From positions 10,850,001-10,914,000 of the forward strand of contig CATOCA020000001.1 in the NCBI GenBank assembly GCA_951406725.2: 64,000 bases of DNA, read 5' to 3'. Positions within the stretch are counted from its first letter, which is position 1. Every line of letters begins with the position of its first letter. Below, piece after piece: positions 56,281 through 64,000 of this stretch. The stretch is from Octopus vulgaris. Taxonomy: Eukaryota. The notes below the pieces were generated by a model that saw only the letters and a program-made list of their open reading frames with translations, was not told the DNA's origin and made no database searches. The position numbers and the translations under genes are program-made.

Positions 56281-58203
56281 TACTAGCTGAAGGTGACCCG
56301 CTCTACGCGCGGGTAAGTGTGTGGTTATTACTTTCTGTTGCTTCCTTTCAGCACGTAAAAAGTACCATCCGAACGTGGCGGATTGCAGCGCCGCCTTGAC
56401 TGGCTTCTGTGCCAGTGGCACGTAAAAAGCACCAACCGATCGTGGCCATTGCCAGCCCCCTGGCACCTGTGCCGGCGGCACGAAAAATGCACCCACTACG
56501 CTCACAGAGTGGTTGGCGTTAGGAAGGGCATCCACCTGTAGAAACACTGCCAGATCAGACTGGAGCCTGGTGCAGCCTCCTATCTTCCCAGACGCCGGTC
56601 AAACTGTCCAACCCGTGCTAGCACGGAAAACGGACGTTAAACGATGATGATGATGATTATGATTCTCCCTCTTTGTTTCTCTCTCACTTTCCCCACTCTC
56701 TTACTCTTCCTTTCTCTCGGACTCTCCCTCGCTTTCTCTTACTCTCTATCTTTATCTATCTCTCTCCCATTTATAAACAACAAAATATCTTGAGTAAGTT
56801 GAGAAATAAAATATTTAGAAAGATCAATCATAAATATCAGGCAGTAACAACGGAAAGGTCTGCTTAAGGCAGACAGCAAAACACTAACATTTAAAAGGGG
56901 CAGACGAACTTGCGAGCTGAATAAAAATAATAAAATATTAGAAACCAAAGTTTGAAGGGATAGAATCTGAGGGTAGTAGAGTCAGCATGGCTGGCATTTC
57001 TTAACGACGGACAGCAACGTTTTGACAGTTTAACGGCTGGCGTGAAATATTGAATTTGATGTAAAAGAAAATCCCTAAACACCAAGTTTTGAAGTGATTC
57101 TTTTTCACAACAGTAGACTCACCATAGCAAGCATTCAAAACTTCATCATGGACGGCAACACATTGACGATTAAAAGGCTGGCGCAAATTTTTTAGCTTGA
57201 TGTAACAGAGAATTCCTAAACACCCGCTCCTTTAAATTTTAATTCCCTTCCAGCCCCATTTAGACCCCTTTTCACATTTTGGTTAATATAACGCGATTTC
57301 ATTCGGGTGTACTGGGGCCACATTTTATAAGATGAGGAATTTTGTCCTAGAGGTCACGCCTTTCATTTGAGGAAAAAAATAGTTGTCATGCAAACTTGCC
57401 AGCACTTTTAACATAGGTCTGCATCTATGTATGTGTGTGTGTGCATGTATATGTATGTATGTGTGTGTATGTATGTGTGTGTGTATGTATGTATTTCCAT
57501 TGAGTCAACCTAATTATTTTCTACATAGCAGACCGTTACATAAACAGGCAAAGGTACATACATACATACACACTCACACATACATACACAAACATACACA
57601 CACACACACATACATACATACACACACCCATATACATGCATACATACATATACACATACATGCATACACACGCACGCACTACAAAAACCGAGTAAAAAAT
57701 TTCAGTTATCTCTCTCTTTCACACAGACAGATACATAAAAGAAGGCCGTTTGTTTGAAATAGAGTGAGTATTGTGTGTTGGTGGTGGTGGTGGTGATGAT
57801 AATTATCATTAGGAAAAAGAGTGAGTGAGTGAGGAAGACATATACATAAATTGTGGCGATGATAATTCTCCCTATGAATGCAGGCAGATAGATCAAAGAA
57901 AGCCGTCTGACGAACTTATAGAGGGAAAGTGAAAGGGGGTTGAGGGGAATACATTAAATAACGGTAGTGGAATTTTCAAAGTTGTAAATGAAGAGGAGTG
58001 AGAGGGTATTGGAGGGAATAGCGTGAGTGAGGAAGATGGCCCCTAGCAACCACACTTTTTAAGATAGGGATTTCTAAGGTAGCCCACGAGCTTCGTCACC
58101 TCATTCTACATGTCCCTGTAAATTTTGGAGCGAATCGGACGGGATGTAGTGGCATTGAAAGCGATCCAAGCGGTAAAAACGCATTTCAGTTTTATATATA
58201 GAA
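56281..58203 (+). mobile_element. Putative non-autonomous Helitron/Helentron-like element
   Basis: Begins 'tactagc...gacccgctctacgcgcgggt' with a short hairpin (acccgc/gcgggt, 56296-56314). It has an internal ~140-bp duplication and microsatellites, and ends '...ttttatatataga'. This is the architecture of Lep1/DINE-like non-autonomous rolling-circle elements; no coding sequence. Confidence 0.45.
56350..56656 (+). mobile_element. RTE-type SINE/LINE 3' end with internal 'gcacgtaaaaagcacc' repeats and (GAT)n tail, nested in the Helitron-like element
   Basis: Three 'gcacg(t/a)aaaa' units, then 'gagtggttggcgttaggaagggcatcc', then 'cggacgttaaacgatgatgatgatga'. Confidence 0.75.
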
Positions 58204-58360
58204 ATGTGTATCTACACACACACAAGTATGTATGTGTGTGTGCATGTTTATATGTGTATATAATTGGGTGAGTGTTTATATGTATGTGCATGTATGTGTG
58301 AGGGTATTGGATATACATTGGAATGTATCATATGATATATATATATTTAATATATAATAT

Positions 58361-58520
58361 ATGTGTATAGGATATATTACATATACACACACACACACTT
58401 GTATAAATGCATGCATATACATACGTATGTATATATATATATGCATATATATATACATACGTATGTATATGCATGCATTTATAAAAGTGTGTGTGTGTAT
58501 GTAATATATCCTATACACAT
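58361..58520. repeat. ~160-bp near-perfect palindrome centred on ATGCAT (58441-58446)
   Basis: Left arm 'atgtgtataggatatattaca...' is the reverse complement of right arm '...tgtaatatatcctatacacat'. Confidence 0.9.
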
Positions 58521-60007
58521 GCGAATATACATATATATACAAACAAACACACACACACATACATACAAATACACATACACACACACATATATATATATAT
58601 ACACACATACACATACATATACATACATACACGCACACACACCCATATATATATATATACACATATGTATGTGTATATATATGTATATTCGCATGTGTGT
58701 GTATGTGTGTTTGTATGTATATTTATTTTATACGTTTTTTCATGTATATTTATCTACTTCTTCCGTCCACTTAACAAACTGAATTCCTCCCCTTGACCAC
58801 CAAAAAGCAATTGTCTTCTAATTTACCTAAAACCCCATCCCATATATCTGATTCTATTCAATTATTCTATTTATTCATTTATTTACTTTCTCACTGATTC
58901 TTCTCACTTCAAAAAACTCTCTGTCCTTTTGACCACTCCCCTAAGAGCAATAGCCTGTGCCCTGTTTATTTCCTTAATACCAACTTACCCAAAAAACGTC
59001 CCCCACCATCACCCCATTAAATCTGCCTAAATGTATAAATACCAGACATTATATTGACAGCCAACTTCCTGAAGATTTCATCTGAATGAAACAGTTCTAG
59101 TCCTGTAGAAGCTCCTTCTATAAAATAAATTACTTTACTCTGCTATGTATTGAGTACCTTATTTACTGTGGTTAACCCCGACTCAACCCGGGACCTACAT
59201 ATATATATGCATATATATGTACATATATACACACACAGCGACATATACATACATATATATACACACACTCACTCAAACACACACACAAATGTACACATAG
59301 ACACATACATTAACAAACACTTAAATTTTCAATTGAAAAGCAATATCTCAAATTTTTAAATTTCTTATTTTTTTGCTGTTTATAAGAAGCTGGTGAAAAT
59401 CTTTGCAAAAAAATATTTTTGTTGGTATTATTGCTATTGCAACTGCTACTATTATTATTGTTGTCGTTGTTGCTGTTGTTATAGTTGTTGTTGTTGTTGA
59501 CAATAACTTTGTAGAAAAAAAAAAGAAAAAATTGACTATTATTGCTTTTCACTATATCTCTGTCGTTTTTGTTGTTGTTTTTGTCGCCACCGAAAGTTTT
59601 AATAGAAATATCTAAACCAATATTACAACATTTATATGTTTATATTTTTACTTCCTTTCAATATTCCATCATCCTGTCTCAAACACACACACACACACAC
59701 ATTTCTTATACACACCTGAGAAGATTCTGCAAAAAACTAAAGACATTCTTCACCAAGTGAAAATAGTAAACATGTTCCACACATATTCCATTGTGGCTGA
59801 GGGCATCTTGTCTTATTTTTCAACAGAGGAATATTCCAGTCCTTTGATCATGGAACTATCTCAGACGTTGGCTTATATCTACTACACGTGGCTGAATATT
59901 TCACAGATTCCTTGTACCCTTAGCATAATCTTTGGTACAGAATCAATGGGATAAGGATAATGTGGACATGTCTGCGTATCCACATACATATATAGACAAA
60001 CATTTGC

Positions 60008-60268
60008 ATGGTTAGAGAATTTGGATCACAATTCTAAGGTCATGAGTTCAATTTCCGATGATACATTGTACCATTGAGCAAGACACTTTATTTCACATTG
60101 CTCCAGTCCACTCAGTTGGCAAAAATGAGTTGTACCAGTAATTCAAAGGGCCAGCCTTGTCACATTCTGTGTCACACTGAATCTCCCTGAAGACAATGTT
60201 AGGGGTACATGTGTTTGTGGAGTGCTCAGCCACTTGTACCTTACTGGAAGATTCATCGTCATAACACA
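60008..60268 (+). mobile_element. Diverged tRNA-derived SINE (family of 55108)
   Basis: 'gtcatgagttcaatttcc...ttgagcaagacactttatttcacattgctccagtccactcag...gccttgtcacattctgtgtcacactgaatctccctga'. Confidence 0.6.
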
Positions 60269-60423
60269 TGGAGTATTTGTTATATACTTGTGCATGCACA
60301 CGCGTGTGTGTGTGTAGGTGTACATGTACTGAGTGAGAGAGCAAAGCATGCTACATGTATGTCTGTATGTATGTATTTATGTGTTAAAAAACTTCACTGT
60401 ATCTGCATATGTGTGTGCATGTA

Positions 60424-60464
<41 letters not shown>

Positions 60465-61087
60465 TTTGGGTAAACAAACTTTCAAATCAATCAGGTGTAA
60501 CGCTACAGCATTATATGCATCTACATATCGTACTTTGGGGTCTTATTTATCATATATTTATATATTTATCTATAAATATACAAAGTGTCTGATAAATGTC
60601 AGTATTCAATTTTGGGGTATTAATCGATATGCGGCTATTCTGTTTCAGATAATACAAAAATAACCTAATGAGAATATCTGACAATAAACTCATGGTATCA
60701 GTTTGCACACCACGAAATAATACTTAAAGGATATAACCAAAATTTCCAGCTGGGTATATAATGTACTTCATCAATTATATCATACTTTAGTTAATACTTA
60801 TCATCATCATCATCGTCGTTTCGCGTCCGTTTTCCATTTTCCATGCTAGCATGGGTTGGACCTTATATTTATTAAATGTGAAGGAACAAAACATGTTTCA
60901 GTATTGGAAGATTACAATATATATATATATATATACACGACTGTATACCCATATATATACATATATAAATACATATATGCAATCGTCAGATTTACAATTA
61001 TTCCAGTATTTCTTCAGGTTCTATTTCAAAATATTATATATCTAATTTTACATCCCTTTAAAAATAAGCAATACAATTAAGCATTAA

Positions 61088-61158
61088 AAATTAAAAATTA
61101 CGAATTAGAAATTAAGAATAAAAATTAAGAATAAAAATAAAAATTAAGAATAAAAATT
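61088..61158. repeat. AT-rich minisatellite, ~12-13 bp unit (aaaattaagaata)
   Basis: Direct reading of the sequence. Confidence 0.7.
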
Positions 61159-61684
61159 ATACTTTGTAATATTAAGAATTAAATTTTTTTAATTATACAT
61201 CATAAATATGAATTAGTATAGATATCAATCATGTAAAATTAAGTATATGTCAAATACAGAATGTGAGATATAAGATTAAACATCAGAAGAAAAATGTCTG
61301 TGTTTAAATTTGATATATAACAAGAAAAATTCAAATACATATCTTACTAAAATGGTGATTTGAGGAAGAAGATAGCAGGGAACTATGGGTATTAATAGGT
61401 GATTAGTACCAAGGGAGGTAATTACACTATACATAGTTTTAATTTTAAGTTATCCTCTATCATTATTTTCAAATTTACTTATATTGGGAGGTATATCTAA
61501 TTTGTTATTTTATAATTTTAGTAATATTTAATTCATATTTTATTAAAATTATTGCATTATATATTTATTTATTTCATTATTTATTTATTTATTATTATTT
61601 TATTTATCTAGTCTATTCAATTTCTTTAGAAGTAAAATGATGTGGTTATTTGATTCAGGGGTTGGGGATTCAGTACTTCATTTT

Positions 61685-62700
61685 ACTAAATGTAAAATTA
61701 CTTCGATGCATACATTTTACTCTTCCTTCATCATGTGTGTTTAGTAATTTATCTCTAAACTGTAGTAGTTTCATAAATTCACTTATGCATAATAAATACA
61801 TTTCATTCCCAATATTATAGGAGTGGGCTCTACCTATAATACTCCAATTAAGGGTATATGCTCTTTTTCTAGATTTTTATTCCCAAATATATTTACCTAA
61901 GCCTGTAGACTTACTGAAATTGGGATTTTTAAAGGTCTGGTAGTGTTGGGATATTCTTTTTTAAATTTCATTAGCTGTGGATCCAATATAAGCCTTATTT
62001 TATTATTATTGTTCTTAGAGCGAACTATACATTTATCAATTACATTATCTATTTTACAATTATATTATGCTATTATAATAATTATTTAATTTCTTATTAT
62101 TTATAGAGGAAAGGATATCGCCTACATTTCTCAATGTTGAGTATTCAACTCTTATTGTTTTATTGGAAAATATATTTGAATAACTATTGTCCTTTTTAAA
62201 AACCCTTTTTACTATTTTAAGTGTCTCCTTAATAATATTAGTCATAACCTGATCCCCGTATGGAAAAATTAACCATATAATATCTTTTTTATTTTTTATA
62301 TTTTTATATTATCATTATTAGTAGATATCATGGGTATTAAATTGTCATTCTTAGGTATATTATATCTCTTTATGTATACTTTATTATATTTCTTACTATT
62401 GCTCATATTTTCATTATCATTATTACTCTTATTATTATAATCATTATTAACAGCTATATTATTTTTATCTTTATTTAGTTTGTTATATTGTCTTTTATTA
62501 TTATTATTCATATTTTTACTGTTAGATTTATTATTAGTTTTATTAGGAATACTTGTTATATTATTATTATTATAAATGGGTTCATAATAATTAAAGAATT
62601 TTATATTAGAGTTGTATTCTGCTTCTTTTAATGCTTTATTATAAAATGGGGCATGTTTATTAAAAGTGTCATAATCTGAGGATAACATGGATATTCTTTA
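61685..62700 (-). mobile_element. Decayed Penelope-like element: RT C-terminal linker plus GIY-YIG endonuclease
   Basis: Minus strand reads LSSDYDTFNKHAPFYNKALKEAEY (62688-), then IFPYGDQVMTNI...IFSNKTIRVEYST (62270-62130). It continues C..DNVIDKCIV...AYIGSTANE/FKKRISQHYQTF...STGLGKYIWE*..LNWSIIGRAHSY...LLCISE...LLNTHDE..KCMH (62055-61700), with frameshifts and stops. Confidence 0.85.
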
Positions 62701-63009
62701 ACTGATTTCAGATATATATATATGCTTGTTCTTTCATCTTCACCCACTCCTGCAACCAACCCAACCCAACCCAACCCAACATCTTCCCTCTGTTGTTCTC
62801 CTCCTGTTCAGCACCATCAGTTATCTTCTCCCCCTTGCACTCATCACACTTTGGCTCTAGCACTCTCATATAACCCCTCTGCAGCATGATACATGTTTCA
62901 CTTTGGCCTCTTCTCTTATACATTTAGCCATCATTTGCCTCTCAACTTCTATCATAAAGTTGCACTCCCAAGGTTTTTTGTCTTGGAAACTATGTGACAG
63001 CCACACTAG

Positions 63010-63201
63010 TGCCTGTGTCAGGAAAAAAGGCACCCAGTACATGACGTAAAGTACTTAGTGTTAGGAAGGGCACCCAGTTATAGAAACTGTCCCAACTAGA
63101 CACTGGAGCACAATACCATCCTTGAGCCTATCAGATCCTGTCAAACCATCCAACTCATGTCAGTATGGTACATGGATGTTAAATGATGAAGATAATGATG
63201 A
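63010..63201 (+). mobile_element. Diverged RTE-type 3' tail fragment
   Basis: 'gtgttaggaagggcacccagttatagaaac...gtcaaaccatccaactcatg...gatgttaaatgatgaagataatgatg'. Confidence 0.6.
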
Positions 63202-63422
63202 TATAGGGACAGAAAGAGCATCTGGCAGTACAACAATGCTTTGATGATACTTATCTAAACTAGGCTAACATAGAAAAACAGATGTAAACGAAAGATCGTA
63301 TTTAGGGTTAGCCAAAAATCACCTGAATGTAAATCAAAACTATTGAATCGAACTCACTACCTCATGATTGTGAGCCTGACACTCTAACCACTGAGCAATG
63401 TACCTTCACAGACATACACACA

Positions 63423-63458
<36 letters not shown>

Positions 63459-63460
<2 letters not shown>

Positions 63461-63880
63461 TGCAGGAGTGGCTGTGTGGTAAGTAGCTTGCTAACCAACC
63501 ACATGGTTCTGGGTTCAGTCCCACAGCGTGGCATCTTGGGCAAGTGTCTTCTGCTATAGCCCCGGGCCGACCAATGCCTTGTGAGTGGATTTGGTAGACG
63601 GAAACCGAAAGAAGCCTGTCGTATATATGTATATATATATATATAAGTGTGTGTGTATATGTTTGTGTGTCTGTGTTTGTCCCCCTAGCATTGCTTGACA
63701 ACCGATGCTGGTGTGTTTACGTCCCCGTCACTTAGCGGTTCGGCAAAAGAGACCGATAGAATAAGTACTGGGCTTACAAAGAATAAGTCCCGGGGTTGAT
63801 TTGCTCGACTAAAGGCGGTGCTCCAGCATGGCCGCAGTCAAATGACTGAAACAAGTAAAAGAGTAAAAAGAGTAAAAGAG
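63459..63880 (+). mobile_element. Near full-length young tRNA-derived SINE inserted in (TA)n
   Basis: A-box-like 'tggctgtgtgg' (~63469), B-box-like 'ggttcagtccc' (~63512), internal microsatellite, conserved 3' body and (gtaaaaga)n tail. (TA)n lies on both sides. Confidence 0.85.
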
Positions 63881-64000
63881 TATATATATATAGTTAATCC
63901 AAACATGAAAACACAGAGAGAAAACACAACAACGCGAGGATGTGGAACAAATATAGTATCATTGGACGCTGAGGAAGGAAAGGAAGAAGGAGGGTTTAAC

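Noticed and set aside
59757-59954. Possible exon after 'tttttcaacag'
   Set aside because: There is no convincing donor, and part of it resembles the reverse complement of the SINE body at ~60200-60232.
63301-63312. Telomeric TTAGGG seed
   Set aside because: Fewer than two full units; expected by chance.
63459-63530. tRNA gene
   Set aside because: It has A/B boxes but no full cloverleaf and continues into a SINE body, so it is a tRNA-derived SINE head.

Overview
This is AT-rich, microsatellite-dense eukaryotic DNA. The SINE families and repeat landscape resemble octopus/cephalopod genomic DNA (recalled from familiarity, not database-checked). I found no intact host protein-coding gene, RNA gene or prokaryotic feature. 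Positions 1 to ~54,566 form a head-to-tail segmental-duplication array with five copies of a common backbone spaced about 10.7, 11.3, 10.0 and 15.6 kb apart. The units are built from shuffled modules: decayed R4/Dong-like LINE pieces, a very decayed RTE-like RT relic, tRNA-derived SINEs, microsatellites and unassigned spacers. The array shows deletion junctions with microhomology, mosaic copies, filled versus empty (TAA)n insertion sites, and two patches that look like consensus artefacts. The last ~9.4 kb is non-duplicated. It holds SINEs, a Helitron-like element with a nested insert, chained palindromes and a Penelope-like GIY-YIG relic. I found no convincing novel coding system; the best leads are structural. 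Coordinates were read by eye and are approximate.
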